Assembly (NCBI GenBank): GCA_002811645.1
Contig: PDIP01000259.1
Span: forward strand, 1-64,000
Source of the DNA: Corallochytrium limacisporum Hawaii
Lineage: Eukaryota; Protista; Pluriformea
Direction of reading: 5' to 3'
DNA: 64,000 nt
The position numbers and the translations under genes are program-made. The notes under the pieces were generated by a model that made no database searches, was not told the DNA's origin, and saw nothing but the letters and a program-made list of their open reading frames with translations. Positions within the stretch are counted from its first letter, which is position 1; every line of letters starts with the position of its first letter. Positions 22,190 to 33,961 of the stretch are shown here, piece by piece.

Positions 22190-25100
22190 TCACAACTCCA
22201 GCGCCACCCCACAGTGACAGTTTGCGTTCGTCGGATCTACACGGAAGGCCGCGATTCGGAAGAGACTGCAAAAGGGATCGTAGGGCGTGGCGCGGATGGA
22301 AATGACTGTGGCGTTTCCCGGATATAGTGAACTGACATTCTGGGCCTCGCCAAAGACATGTATCGTGGACTCGGTGTTGAGGAATTGTGTTATGAGGCCC
22401 GTGGCTACTTCGCGAATCTCAATACCGTCTGGACCCTGTGCCATGATGAAGCCCTGCCCTTGTTCCTGAGGAGGAAGCATGCTCTCGGTGCTACCTGGTA
22501 TTTTGCCACTCCGATGTAGGACGGAACCCAGAGATCCCTGCCACACAACGTTTTCCACGGACAGAGCCTTCGTGGCCTCGTCGACATCAGCTAGCCAACG
22601 GAAGGAAGTGATCTTCTTCAGTGACAGCGGAATGGCCTTCCGACTGAGACTGCCACGTCCCCTGCGGCTTAGCGTGTGTACCTCTCCGTCCATGCAGAGC
22701 AGAATGCGATGATCTGGCATCTGTTTGACACCCACGACATTGTCCGCGGGCAGCGAAGAGAGTGAAATGTTCTCACGGGACAATTTCATGACCTCAAGCT
22801 CACGTTTCGATTTAGCACCTTCGCCAGTTGTGAATTCCTCCAGAGCACCCCGATTGAAGTCCAGCATTGAGAGACGGATTTCTCCGTTCTCCAGGTTCAA
22901 GAACACTCCGGTGCAGATGGCGGGCAGACCCTTGCCCTGCAGAATCAGCTCAAAGACATCGGATGGCTTGATTGGTTTGTCTATCAGGGTTGGTAGCAAC
23001 CGGGACGATCGCGTTGTGTTTCCCGCCAACCAGTGATAGTCATTGTCACCACTGACTTCGCTCGATCCATCGCCCAGTTCCGAATCGGGTGTCCGACCCT
23101 CGAGTCGCATGTTTGATGTGCTTGTGGGTCGCGATTCTAATTTCTGCGATGACTGGTAGTTTTCAACGTGTGCTTCCACCAGATTTAGGAAATTGTGCTG
23201 GTGTTCTTTCGAGGTCCACTTCAACAGGCGCACCGAGCGCTTAATGACAGGATTTACTGGTGTCGTGTCGTGGAGACCGAACCCAGAGCTCCTCAGAGCA
23301 CGTTCTGGGGCCACCTCTGTGCGACAGTCGACAGCAAGGTACAGACCATTCCGCTCAGTGTCAAGGGCCAATGCCATGGACACCACATCACGGGTTTTTG
23401 GCACTGTTAATCCCCTGTAGTCATTAAGTCGCTTTAGTTTCGGATCCCGCAGACGCTTCAACGTGCGAGACTCTCCAAACTTGACAAAGTTTTCGAACAT
23501 AGACAGTGGATACAGCACACAGTTAGTGTGAATCTTCGGGTCCCTGTACCCCTTGCGCAGAAATCCTCTAGCAGTCTCAACGTGCTCTGATCCGTGTTCG
23601 TCTTCAATGACGAGCAGACGATCAATCTCAGGGATCGCAATCATGGCATGAAATGGCCTCAGGAAAATGAGGCGCACATCACTGGGCGCCAGAACCTTAC
23701 TAAGGCTCCCAGGCTCCTCCGTGCGGAAAACGTAGATTCCGCCTTCAGGGCCATGGGCCTCCGGATCCGCGGCTACCACTCCGTAGCTGATTCCAGGTGT
23801 GATAGGGTCCTTCCACACGGTGACATGCTTTGCGCAGAGTGGCAGTTGAGGGAAGAGCGGCTGCAGAATCATGCGTGTGACCTTTGGCTTATCATCCCGG
23901 GGTTCTTCTGTCCTGTCTGTCTGATGGTTTACAGGCGACGAACCCTTCATGTCTATCTTCTCCTGTTCCTGCTTAAACATGTCTCTAACCGGGGCTATTT
24001 CATCTGCAATCATTTGGTTCGTCAGACATTCGTCAATGTGATCATTCTGCCGAGTAATCTCGAGACCATCCATGCGGTACTTTAAGCAAATGGGGCAAAC
24101 CACAACCTGATACTGGTGGTCTTCAGCAATCGGATTCTCCAATTCCCCAATGTGACTGCTCATGCGGGCACGTCGCCGGGCGCTACGATCCGTAAGTGGT
24201 CCACCATCATCGGATCCCATGGATCGGTGAGACTTGCTACGCAGCAGGCTCTCTGCTGACAGCACGGATTCGTCGTCGTCGCTCATCTGGCTATCCTCAA
24301 CTTGTTCCATACTAAAGAAATCAACGTTTCCCCGAGGGGTCTGAATCGGCCGCAGGAGCGATTTCATACTTCCGGCTGATCCGGGCCTCTCCAGGCCCTT
24401 GATGCGATCCATTTGCAGGCCTGGTACCCGTGGGGCGGCCGCCGAAGTGCCACCTCCATCACTGTCCAGAGAACTGTCACTTATCAATCCCTTTGCCCGA
24501 GAAGATGGATCCACATCTAGTTTTGCTTCCTTGGCAAGATGCGGATATGCTCGCCAAATGCGTTCAGTTAGTGGGTTGTACCGGCCGTCGCTCTTATTTG
24601 ATTGAGAGCTGATTGAGGTCGAGCGACTGAATTCGCGAGACACACTGCGACCTGATGGATCGGCGGAGACCACCACATTCAGGAAGTTCTCACCCTGTAG
24701 ACGCCGTGCACTGGCACGCTGCGGTGGATCTTTGCATAGACAGCTGAGCAGGAATAACTTCAAATCTGTGCTCCACATGTCCGGCTGATCCAGACCTGGC
24801 GGCTCATTGTCAATAATCAAACGCAAAGCGCGCATGGGATGTTCTTCCCAGTACGGTGGTCGAGCATGACACATTTCTAATATCGTTATACCCAGGCTCC
24901 ATATGTCACATACGCTGCTGAGTCGTGGTGGCTCGTAGCTGTGTGCTTGCAGTTCGTCCCCAAGATCGACATTATTGTCAAGGATCTCTCCAGTGTCGTA
25001 GTTCTCGATGGCGATCTCGATCTGTGTGTCGGACCCGGTCTGCCCTCCGTTGAACATGCCATCGCCTGTCAAGCTATCTACACTACCGATTCTTTCCAAA

Positions 25101-25879
25101 TTGAGTCTGTTCGCGGATTGGAAACCGTAGCCATCGTACTCGACGTGACCCTTCAGCTGCTCCTGTGCCTGCTCAATCACTTCTGGCGCACACCAGTAGG
25201 GACTGCCGACAAAGAAGGCTGCCTGGCCCAAGTCTCGATCTCTTCCGGACCCTGTTGCTGCGGCCAGCAAATTTGCTAAGCTACCGAGTTCTTCTTCATT
25301 GATTGCAATTTCTTGCGCAGCGGGTGTCTCTGCATCTTTGAATCGACTGGCTGTGCCAAAATCGCCAAGCTTAATGTCGCCTCGTGCGGTCAACAGCACA
25401 TTACCACACTTAATATCACGGTGTACTATTCCCCGATCACTGAGAAAGGCGAGAGCATTCACCAAGGCATTGGTAACTACCCTAATGCAGTCCTCGTCCA
25501 ACGGACCCTCAATCTCGAGCAAAGTGTCCAAGCTGCCGGCAGCACAGAATTCCAAGACCAGCGTGTCTTGCATCGGATGATCATCGTTTCGAATGATCGA
25601 ATAGAGTGAGAGAATATTCGGATGCCGGCATTCATTGAGAAATTGGAACTCTAGTGCTAAGGACTGCAAGATTTCGTCTGCGGCAGCATCTCCACTAGCC
25701 TGATCAAATACTTTGGCTGCTACTAAATTACCCGTGGTCAAATCTTCTGCCTTATATACGGTACCAAAGGATCCGTCTCCAATCTGTTTCAGTAATTTCA
25801 GCTTGTTGTTAATGACGCGGTGCTGTTTAAACCGGAGGCCGCGCAGTCGCGGCGGTGAAGACTCCGGACTGCGATACAT
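22190..25879 (-). CDS. STE20/GCK (MAP4K-like) Ser/Thr kinase with internal UBZ-like finger and divergent CNH-like C-terminus
   Basis: GDGSFGTV, VAAK, HRDIKCGN, DFG, FVGSPYWCAPE (STE20 signature), DIWSLGIT and 'HPMRALRLI'. The beta-rich C-terminus ends in 'GIEIREVATG..Q', which is CNH-like. Start placed at ATG 25879. Confidence 0.9.
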   Translation of the reverse strand: MYRSPESSPPRLRGLRFKQHRVINNKLKLLKQIGDGSFGTVYKAEDLTTGNLVAAKVFDQASGDAAADEILQSLALEFQFLNECRHPNILSLYSIIRNDDHPMQDTLVLEFCAAGSLDTLLEIEGPLDEDCIRVVTNALVNALAFLSDRGIVHRDIKCGNVLLTARGDIKLGDFGTASRFKDAETPAAQEIAINEEELGSLANLLAAATGSGRDRDLGQAAFFVGSPYWCAPEVIEQAQEQLKGHVEYDGYGFQSANRLNLERIGSVDSLTGDGMFNGGQTGSDTQIEIAIENYDTGEILDNNVDLGDELQAHSYEPPRLSSVCDIWSLGITILEMCHARPPYWEEHPMRALRLIIDNEPPGLDQPDMWSTDLKLFLLSCLCKDPPQRASARRLQGENFLNVVVSADPSGRSVSREFSRSTSISSQSNKSDGRYNPLTERIWRAYPHLAKEAKLDVDPSSRAKGLISDSSLDSDGGGTSAAAPRVPGLQMDRIKGLERPGSAGSMKSLLRPIQTPRGNVDFFSMEQVEDSQMSDDDESVLSAESLLRSKSHRSMGSDDGGPLTDRSARRRARMSSHIGELENPIAEDHQYQVVVCPICLKYRMDGLEITRQNDHIDECLTNQMIADEIAPVRDMFKQEQEKIDMKGSSPVNHQTDRTEEPRDDKPKVTRMILQPLFPQLPLCAKHVTVWKDPITPGISYGVVAADPEAHGPEGGIYVFRTEEPGSLSKVLAPSDVRLIFLRPFHAMIAIPEIDRLLVIEDEHGSEHVETARGFLRKGYRDPKIHTNCVLYPLSMFENFVKFGESRTLKRLRDPKLKRLNDYRGLTVPKTRDVVSMALALDTERNGLYLAVDCRTEVAPERALRSSGFGLHDTTPVNPVIKRSVRLLKWTSKEHQHNFLNLVEAHVENYQSSQKLESRPTSTSNMRLEGRTPDSELGDGSSEVSGDNDYHWLAGNTTRSSRLLPTLIDKPIKPSDVFELILQGKGLPAICTGVFLNLENGEIRLSMLDFNRGALEEFTTGEGAKSKRELEVMKLSRENISLSSLPADNVVGVKQMPDHRILLCMDGEVHTLSRRGRGSLSRKAIPLSLKKITSFRWLADVDEATKALSVENVVWQGSLGSVLHRSGKIPGSTESMLPPQEQGQGFIMAQGPDGIEIREVATGLITQFLNTESTIHVFGEAQNVSSLYPGNATVISIRATPYDPFCSLFRIAAFRVDPTNANCHCGVALEL

Positions 25880-26822
25880 TGCACACACAATTACCTATAC
25901 TTGAGTTAAGATCCTTCCATAGTGTCCAAAAAACACGTAGTGTCCCGTATTTATGACACCATATCGGTCTACGGCGCTAGAAATCCCCATTCAGGGAGAT
26001 GCCGTCCACGTTACCTATCTGTGGTTTCTTCGTATGCCGGCTTAATGAGGTAAGAAGACTTCGCAATACATCTCACCATTTCCGACATACCTTCTTAATT
26101 TATCCTCATCAGTCCGAGGAGACAGCCGTTGGCAGCGCTCCCAACGATTTCCGATGTTCCGCTGAAGCCTGCGCTTGCCATCGCGCATCCCGCCAGCGCA
26201 CCGCACACCGTAAGGCCGACCCCCCATAGAAACTCGGCCCTCCAGCCCAGGACGGCATACCCCCGCCCATCCGGGGCGACCCTACCGGTTTGTGGTGAAC
26301 TCAACCCGCGCGGGGTGGGGTGGGGGAGGTGGAGGGGAGATTAAATGATCCCTGGCCCAAGTCTGATTTGGGCTGCCCAGAGTGCGATTTGTTTTGCCTT
26401 TGCCTCCTTCGTGGTTTCCCTCCTTCCTGTGGCGCTTCGTCTTGGGGCTGGGGGGGGGAGGGGGGTCCAATACTTTTTGGTGCCGTCACGGTATGTGAAC
26501 AGTTTGAAGCACTTGGGCGAACGGGGCGGTCAGGATCGGTGGTTGGAGGGAGGGAGGAGGCAGGGCAGAGAAGCGGTAACAGGGCGCTGGGTGCTTGGTA
26601 GGCCGACAGCTTGGGGGTGCGCTGGAATTGGACCACGGCAAACCGACACATTGTGACTTTGACTCCGCTGCGTTGGACACAATGACGAACCAACAGTTTT
26701 GCCTAGTGTGCTGAGTTCTATTTTCATCGTCTTGCTGGACGCGTGCGACACGATCGTGGTATATGAAAGACAACAGAGGGATTTACTGGCAGAGAAACCA
26801 CAGTGCTATTGCAGCAAGCGAC

Positions 26823-26929
26823 GTGAGTGATGCATGTGGAAATCCGTCCAAGGTGTGCGGTATCTCTGTTTCGGACAATGGGCAGCACACGGTGATTCAT
26901 GAAGGAGAGTAAAAAGAGACTTAATTTAG
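26823..26929 (+). other. Putative 5'-UTR intron of TMEM87-like gene
   Basis: GTGAGT donor, CTTAAT branch-like site and TTTAG acceptor, ending 32 nt before ATG 26962. Confidence 0.55.
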
Positions 26930-26961
26930 GAGTTAAGTGAGAAGTCAGGCTGCAATACACA

Positions 26962-28518
26962 ATGCGAGGCGAGTGCATGCTCATAGCCCTACTCTGGGCC
27001 TCTGTAGCTTCTTGTAGTATCATCAATGTTGCGCCTCTGCATAACAGTCCAAAGATGATCTATCATCATGAAAGCTTGAGCAAAGGTGGTACAGTGACCA
27101 TTAATGGTGGATGTGCGGAGGTGAATGGCGCTGGCACCAAAGATGGATACATTAGCTATGCAATCTATGACTATTCGTACAGTTCAATGGTAGGCAAGTC
27201 GGAGAACCATGCACGGATTTCCTGTTGCACAGAGCAGAACATTGGGGATGGATTTGTTTGCAGCGATTCAGATCACAAAGCTGGTCTTCTGATAGGAACT
27301 GGGCTGGAAACGGTCGAGGTCGAACGCGGTGACCTCCCAAACAACGAGTGCGATGTGGTGGTTATCAAGAGCATGCCGGTGGACTATGCAGGCATATACG
27401 AGGTCAGACTAGAAGGAGCCTGTGGGGAGCCTGTGGTCAACTTTGAGGGAACCATTATATTTAAGAGTCCACACGGGTATTTGCCGGCCAATGAATACCC
27501 TTTGCTCATCTTCTACGGCATCATGACGGCGCTCTATGCTGTTGTTACACTTCTTTGGCTGATTCAACAGGCACGGTTCTACGACGATATCCTTCGCTTG
27601 CAGCTGCTCATGGGTACCGTGGTAGGCCTGGGCATTGTGAGTATGTCAATGACAACGGCAGACCTGGACTATTGGAATAGCCATGGCAGGCGGAGCCGTG
27701 CGCTGCATGTCTGCAGCGTGGTCATTAGTGTCTTCCAACATACATTTGCACGACTGCTGCTAATCATTGTGGCTATGGGCTTTGGTATTACCAAGCCGCA
27801 CCTTGGTGACGCATTGGAGAAGAAAATTGTGACCCTCGGACTCTCGTACTTTGCACTGGCCTTTGTTCATGACATGGGTCAGGGACTAGCCCAGAGTGGC
27901 GAGGTTCATGAGCAGGCACCCTTTTTCCTAACAATGGGCATCGCCGTGGTGGACTCCATCGTCATCTGGTGGACACTCACCAGCATGACCAAAACCATGA
28001 ACACTCTGAGCATTCGTAACATGCAGACCAAGTTGCGCATGTACCAGATCCTCTTCCGTACTCTAGTGGGTGTAACCAGTATGGCCGTGCTGCTGATCGT
28101 AGGTTTGGCTGTGGTGAACTTCACTGTCAGCCCTGGAGACAAGTGGGAGTACATGTGGCTCACAAAGTCAATCTGGCCTTTACTTTTCTTCCTCCTGCTG
28201 TGCACCATTCTATGGCTCTGGCGACCAACCAGCAACAACACTCGATATGCCTACTCTGCGTTGGAGGACGACGAGAACGATAGCTCACCTACCAACAACC
28301 ACGTCAGTCATGGTGCGCGCGATGGCAACTTTGGAGATCTGAAGATGCGCAGCATGAATCCTCGGAACGGCGGTGATGATGAGAACCTGAAGTGGGTTGA
28401 AGACAACCTTGGAGGATCAACCAGTCGACAGCGGCTGGAGGAGAATGCCATCATTGGCATCGATGAAGACGAGGATGAGGTCTTCAATACAAGATTGGAG
28501 ATCAGCAAGATGGATTAA
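26962..28518 (+). CDS. TMEM87: GOST / lung seven-transmembrane protein (TMEM87/PTM1 family)
   Basis: Signal peptide, lumenal domain, 'HGYLPANEYPLLIFYG', seven TM helices, 'LWRPTSNNTRYAYS', C-terminal 'SKMD'. Confidence 0.92.
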   Translation: MRGECMLIALLWASVASCSIINVAPLHNSPKMIYHHESLSKGGTVTINGGCAEVNGAGTKDGYISYAIYDYSYSSMVGKSENHARISCCTEQNIGDGFVCSDSDHKAGLLIGTGLETVEVERGDLPNNECDVVVIKSMPVDYAGIYEVRLEGACGEPVVNFEGTIIFKSPHGYLPANEYPLLIFYGIMTALYAVVTLLWLIQQARFYDDILRLQLLMGTVVGLGIVSMSMTTADLDYWNSHGRRSRALHVCSVVISVFQHTFARLLLIIVAMGFGITKPHLGDALEKKIVTLGLSYFALAFVHDMGQGLAQSGEVHEQAPFFLTMGIAVVDSIVIWWTLTSMTKTMNTLSIRNMQTKLRMYQILFRTLVGVTSMAVLLIVGLAVVNFTVSPGDKWEYMWLTKSIWPLLFFLLLCTILWLWRPTSNNTRYAYSALEDDENDSSPTNNHVSHGARDGNFGDLKMRSMNPRNGGDDENLKWVEDNLGGSTSRQRLEENAIIGIDEDEDEVFNTRLEISKMD

Positions 28519-28648
28519 ACCCAAATTGGAAATTTGACTATGAATTGAGCGTCTAGATTGTTTCAAACCTTATGTCCCATCTATGGTCCACCGTTGGCTC
28601 TTGCGCTGCTCACTATGCGTCCTTCACGGCAGAGTCAGAGCTCTCTCG

Positions 28649-30292
28649 TCACTTCTTCATTTGTGCATCTGGAACCTTTGCGTTCTCGCCGAAGGGGTAG
28701 CTGAGTAACAAGATACCTTCCCGATGAAAGACATCTCGAAGACGGCCATTTACACCCCAGCGGAACACTATCGCACCCGATCCCAGCTCACTCACGTACT
28801 TCCGGCACTGTTTCAGAGTCCGCGCAGTTATGATTTTCTGGTCCGTACCCATGAAATTCTTCGCGTCAATCCAGTTGATGGGAAACGCACAGTTAGACAC
28901 CCGAAGAGGGCTATCAAGCCGGAAATCGGGTGTGATTCGGGCGACCAAGCCATTCTTTCTTGCCTCAACCCTCTGTTGGTTCTCGGTCTTGAATCTAAGG
29001 TTTGGTACTGCGGACAACTCCTTCGAAATAATGCTTTCAAACTGCTGAGCTTGCTTCTGCGTCTCCGATTGGTCCGATCCGGTAACGGAATCAACGAGTT
29101 CTGCCGCTTCTAGTTGCTTCTTTGCGAGTCCATGGCTCGCGTTCGAAGAGTTCGCATGCGGATTTTTCATGAACCTCTTGATGGCATCCTTGCTCCACCC
29201 TTGGTAGGCCCAAATCGTCCTGAGTGCCCCACAGGGTGGTACATCAAAGCGCTTAGCAATTACAGTGATGTGGTCTCCATGTTCGTACGCCTCCGACAAT
29301 TCGGACGCTTTCCGGGTCATTGTTGAGTAGCCAAACATTACCTTCATTTGTAACAGTTGAGCGCGCAGACTAGCGGCTTGATCCTCTGTGTATCCAATAC
29401 CTATCCTCTGCAGTCGGTTCATGATCTGACTCTTGTTTTCAACCTGGCTCCATGTGCAAAAACTGCCTTTCTGCAGCAATATTGGCTTTGCAAGTCCTTC
29501 CCATTCCTGAGGCAAGAAGTCGCATTGGAAGCTAGGTGCCATCACCAGGCTGTCCAGTTCCTCAGCCTTAAGATTATGCTTCGGATTTCCGGATCTGACC
29601 TGGTTTTTTATCCACTTGCCTACTGAACTATGTGGATGATTTCCACGTCTACCTTTGGGTGTAGCGGGTGCAGATGGTGCTGTTTTTGAATTCGGGGATC
29701 CACCTACACTGCTATTACCTGACCGTGGCCCGACCACAATTCCCCTTTCCAACCGACCGGGCAGTCTTGAGTTTCCCAAGCGAGCAGTCAATGGTCGGTC
29801 TGGTATGTCCGTGATTTGCATATGAGTGCCCTGTCTCATTACCGCTGAAACGTTCTTGATAGGCAGGACTTCCTGAAGTCGCTTCTCCATCCGTTTCTCA
29901 TGACGCCTCTCCCTCCGAAGAAACGCCCTTTTCCGCTTTAACTCTCGTGTGTTTGGCGATTCTTCACTGTTCAATCTTCCGGCTAGTTTACCGGGGGGTG
30001 AAGCCGAGCCCACATTTCGTGCCCTTTCAGAGTCTCTATTATTCTTTTCCGTACGAGCCATTGTTGTCAAAGCCTTAATTAAGGCCGCGCGGGTCACACA
30101 GAGATTGGTGTGTCGCCCATGACTATTCTGCTGTTCAACAAACCACGTCAACGACCCAAACAGGGCTCTGGGAATCATATTTTCAGCGCGTTGTAATACA
30201 GTATCAAGGTATGATCCGGATCGGTTGTGCCGTAATTTCGAAATACCTTTCAGTCTCGCATGTAGCATTCCTGGCCGCGTGCCTGTGGCCAT
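28649..30292 (-). CDS. CDIN1/C15orf41-like PD-(D/E)xK nuclease (TPD domain) with basic N-terminal extension
   Basis: 'FKTENQQR..TPDF..INWIDAKNFMG..KQCRKYVSELGSGAIVF' and an HTH-like 'IAKRFDVPPC'. The true start may be ATG 30061 (MARTEK). Confidence 0.8.
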   Translation of the reverse strand: MATGTRPGMLHARLKGISKLRHNRSGSYLDTVLQRAENMIPRALFGSLTWFVEQQNSHGRHTNLCVTRAALIKALTTMARTEKNNRDSERARNVGSASPPGKLAGRLNSEESPNTRELKRKRAFLRRERRHEKRMEKRLQEVLPIKNVSAVMRQGTHMQITDIPDRPLTARLGNSRLPGRLERGIVVGPRSGNSSVGGSPNSKTAPSAPATPKGRRGNHPHSSVGKWIKNQVRSGNPKHNLKAEELDSLVMAPSFQCDFLPQEWEGLAKPILLQKGSFCTWSQVENKSQIMNRLQRIGIGYTEDQAASLRAQLLQMKVMFGYSTMTRKASELSEAYEHGDHITVIAKRFDVPPCGALRTIWAYQGWSKDAIKRFMKNPHANSSNASHGLAKKQLEAAELVDSVTGSDQSETQKQAQQFESIISKELSAVPNLRFKTENQQRVEARKNGLVARITPDFRLDSPLRVSNCAFPINWIDAKNFMGTDQKIITARTLKQCRKYVSELGSGAIVFRWGVNGRLRDVFHREGILLLSYPFGENAKVPDAQMKK

Positions 30293-30712
30293 GTCGTGCC
30301 CATTGGGCCAGAGTCGTCGGTGGAGAGACCCGCCATATTTGCGCCTCGAGGCAATGGATCATAGGGAGGAAAGTAAAGGGAGTCCGTTTTCAACTCTGGC
30401 GGGGAACAAGCGGGGAGCTATATGCTTGCCCCTGATCGGTCCCTTGGGGCTACGCGGCAGCTGGGGTAGGCTTGTGAGCTTTTCTATAGTCAAACCAAAT
30501 GGCCTTGTCGACAGAGGAAAGGCGCATTAGAACTTGTTGACTGGATGCGTATTTAAGACGAACACGTACACATAAAGAACTTATCCGAGGTAGTTGGAGA
30601 ACGGAAATTATATGAGCGTTATTGCTGGCATCCGGGTCAGCCGGAACTTATGGCGCCAGGTGTTGCAACATGTGAGTTTGAATAGGATGACATGTTGATC
30701 GCACCTTAAAAT

Positions 30713-33274
30713 ATGGACTACCTCGATGGACAATGGTGGCCCCTAGGGAATGGCAGTGACCCTGGCCATGAGCCAGCCGTTCCCGGGCTGAAGGACAGGC
30801 TTCCGAGCAATATGTCTGCATTCTTTTTATCCCTTGCAATCAACGGGTTCCTTGGACTAACGTTCTTTTGTTCTTATGTGTTCCTCAGAAGGTTATTTCC
30901 AAAAGACGAGTCATTGGTCAACAATGCTCAGAAACGTGTGAAAACATTACTATGGGAGGCATATACAGCTACCGATCAACGCATTATGCGCACCCTTGGA
31001 TTAGATGCGGTCCTCTTTACCCATACAACACGGTCGGCTTTGTGGACTATGATTGTCACAGCAGTAATCTCCATTGTAGTCCTTGTGCCGGTGCACTACT
31101 ATGCAGGTGGTCACCAGCTTGGTCTTAGTGCGTTTTCAATTGTGAACATTCCTAGGAAGGAAAACGACAAGCTCTGGGTGCACGTCTTTCTGTGCTATTT
31201 ACTGACAGGTGCATGGCTTGTGGAGCTTCTGCAGGATTACGGATGGTTTGTGGCCCTGAGGCAGAGATTTCTGGCCCTACCCATTGCGTCCAATGTTTGC
31301 TGCATGATCCGAGATGTGCCGAGGTCTATGCGTGACGAGAGCAATCAGACACTGCTACGGTATTTCCAAGAAGTCTACGGTGAGGAAAAGGTTCTGGACG
31401 TTGTATTTGTCCGTGATACCCGCAACATGAACGAAATTCTCACCGAGTTAAATCGACTGCTCAAGCAGAAGCAGGACATTATTCTGGAGTCTGAGGTGCT
31501 TGGTCGACGTCCGTACACTTGGGTATGGGGATGGGAAGCCAGTCAAGCCGTGCCCTTGGCAGGATGTATTCCGTGGCCACCATGTCGTAAAGCGGATAAG
31601 GAATCTGTGCTCAACCTACGCTTGCAGCGCCTCGACCGAGCACTGCGGGAGGCGGAAGAGGATTTGGACGAAGCTGTGCCGACAAACATTTGCTTTGTAA
31701 TCTTTGCGGATACGCAGGTTACAAATGTAGCACTGCAGTCACTGATTATGCCGTCACCGTTTGGGTTAGACATTGAACGGGCTCCGGAACCCAATGATAT
31801 CATCTGGAGTCGCCTTGTGCGTGGAGAAGGTCCCTTGAAGCGTCGGACGCGGATGTTGGTAACATCCTTCCTGGTCATTTTGCTCGTCCTCTTCTACACT
31901 ATACCTGTGGGATTCATCAGTTCCTTGACTACCGTAACCACCTTGGAGTACTACATGCCCTGGCTCAAGAAAATCCTTGAACAGTATCCACGGATCAGAG
32001 ACATTATGAGTGGTTTCTTACCTACTATCGGTTTGCGTCTGTTCCTGGCTCTGTTACCAGCCATTGGCGAAGGCTTTGCGTTCTTACGATTCCTAGTCAC
32101 ACGAACACAGGTGGAAGATTTTACCTATGCCATGGTTTACATTTTCACCATCTTCAATGTAATCATTGTATTCAGTTTCTCTGGTGCTATCCTGACAGAG
32201 CTTCAACACATTATTGAGAAACCGAAGCATGCACTGGATATCCTGGGCGAGACGCTGCCATACCAAAGCACCTTCTTCATTATGTATGTGCTACTGCTAG
32301 CCATCACGACCATACCACTGCGCCTGCTGCAGATCGGGCACCTCTTCATGTGCTTCTGGGAGTGGTTCACAAAGAAAATGGATTGCGTCTTCAACAACTA
32401 TTCTCACCGTCGGTCCTCGATTATTGGGGAAGATTCTGAAGAATATGTCAGCGGACATCCGTATGCAAGGGAAGAGAGGCAGACCATCGACACTGTATGC
32501 GAGTCGCAGATTGGCGAATTATTTGCCGAGCATTCCTTGGTCATGACCATCTGCTACGTGTATGCTATCCTATCACCACTTTTAGTACCGTTTGTATGTA
32601 TCTATCTGGCCATTGCACTGCACTTCGGGAAGTTCATGTCCTTGTTCCAGTGGCAGGCTGTGTATATCACAAACGGCAATTCGTACCCTGCCATCTTTGA
32701 TCGTCGCATTGGTGGGATTGTACTGGGGCAGATGACCTTGGCTGGGGTTCTCTTCCTCAAGCGCAATGCTATGGCCGCTTTAGCCGTCCTTCCGCTTATT
32801 ATCATGACTCTGGTGTTCCAAAACCGGGTTAGTGGGCGCTATCGTGGGTTGGCCAACTACCTTGCTCTGCAGCGAAACCAGCGTCGGAACACTTTACTAC
32901 AGCTCCCCATCACGTCAGCGCTCACAGAAGACGGCGTCGAGGAAGAGAGCGGAGAGCAGACGCCACTATTGAGTGGTAACCACATGGGTACCAACCATGG
33001 CACGAATTACCGACGTCCCACTCGCGAAAGCGGTGGGGCTCCCATGGAGCAATTGCCACCGTGGATGCGTTTCCGTCGGCAGTACCGTGAAGGATCGCGC
33101 ACTGTGGGCCGTGGCAGTGATTCCTATACTGACGAAGAGACATTGCAGGCGCGGTCAACAGATGAATCTGCGGTTGAGGGCGTGACAGAGGATCTCGAGT
33201 CATTGAATCTGCCTCGGAATGTTGAGATCAACTCAGTGTCAGAGTTCTGGTTTCGCTATGCTGGTGGTGAGTAA
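30713..33274 (+). CDS. CSC1/OSCA/TMEM63 mechanosensitive cation channel
   Basis: 'GLDAVLF', 'SIVNIP..KLWVH', 'APEPNDIIW', 'LPYQSTFFIMYV' and 'YAILSPLLVPF'; about 11 TM segments. Confidence 0.93.
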   Translation: MDYLDGQWWPLGNGSDPGHEPAVPGLKDRLPSNMSAFFLSLAINGFLGLTFFCSYVFLRRLFPKDESLVNNAQKRVKTLLWEAYTATDQRIMRTLGLDAVLFTHTTRSALWTMIVTAVISIVVLVPVHYYAGGHQLGLSAFSIVNIPRKENDKLWVHVFLCYLLTGAWLVELLQDYGWFVALRQRFLALPIASNVCCMIRDVPRSMRDESNQTLLRYFQEVYGEEKVLDVVFVRDTRNMNEILTELNRLLKQKQDIILESEVLGRRPYTWVWGWEASQAVPLAGCIPWPPCRKADKESVLNLRLQRLDRALREAEEDLDEAVPTNICFVIFADTQVTNVALQSLIMPSPFGLDIERAPEPNDIIWSRLVRGEGPLKRRTRMLVTSFLVILLVLFYTIPVGFISSLTTVTTLEYYMPWLKKILEQYPRIRDIMSGFLPTIGLRLFLALLPAIGEGFAFLRFLVTRTQVEDFTYAMVYIFTIFNVIIVFSFSGAILTELQHIIEKPKHALDILGETLPYQSTFFIMYVLLLAITTIPLRLLQIGHLFMCFWEWFTKKMDCVFNNYSHRRSSIIGEDSEEYVSGHPYAREERQTIDTVCESQIGELFAEHSLVMTICYVYAILSPLLVPFVCIYLAIALHFGKFMSLFQWQAVYITNGNSYPAIFDRRIGGIVLGQMTLAGVLFLKRNAMAALAVLPLIIMTLVFQNRVSGRYRGLANYLALQRNQRRNTLLQLPITSALTEDGVEEESGEQTPLLSGNHMGTNHGTNYRRPTRESGGAPMEQLPPWMRFRRQYREGSRTVGRGSDSYTDEETLQARSTDESAVEGVTEDLESLNLPRNVEINSVSEFWFRYAGGE

Positions 33275-33425
33275 AATAAAACTCTTAGTCGAAGATTACT
33301 GCCGAAAGGAAAGATATGCACAATGTATTTTATGTTATGTATAGGAAAGGAAAACATTGGGAAACAAGGAAAGGCTTCTGCACTCACCTCCTCCTCGATA
33401 ACCACATTAAAGTGTCAAGACGAGT

Positions 33426-33487
33426 CCATGTCCAACATGGACATGGTGGTAACCGACCACGACCATGCTTCAAGCAGCTTGAAGCAT
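33426..33487 (-). other. Tandem inverted repeats (hairpins) downstream of histone H4
   Basis: CCATGTCCA-aca-TGGACATGG (33426-33446) and ATGCTTCAAGC-a-GCTTGAAGCAT (33465-33487). Confidence 0.7.
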
Positions 33488-33559
33488 CCAGAGGAAAAAA
33501 AAAGTTGGTGGTTTTTTGTTAAATGAACAAGATGTTTACCAATAGAATGGGCAAACAGC

Positions 33560-33877
<318 letters not shown>

Positions 33878-33961
33878 TTATTTGTTAAGTTGACTGAGTG
33901 AAGTAACTTGAACTTAAAACTTCTTGGCAACCTTCACCTTCGTAGAGATCCCTAGAAACCC

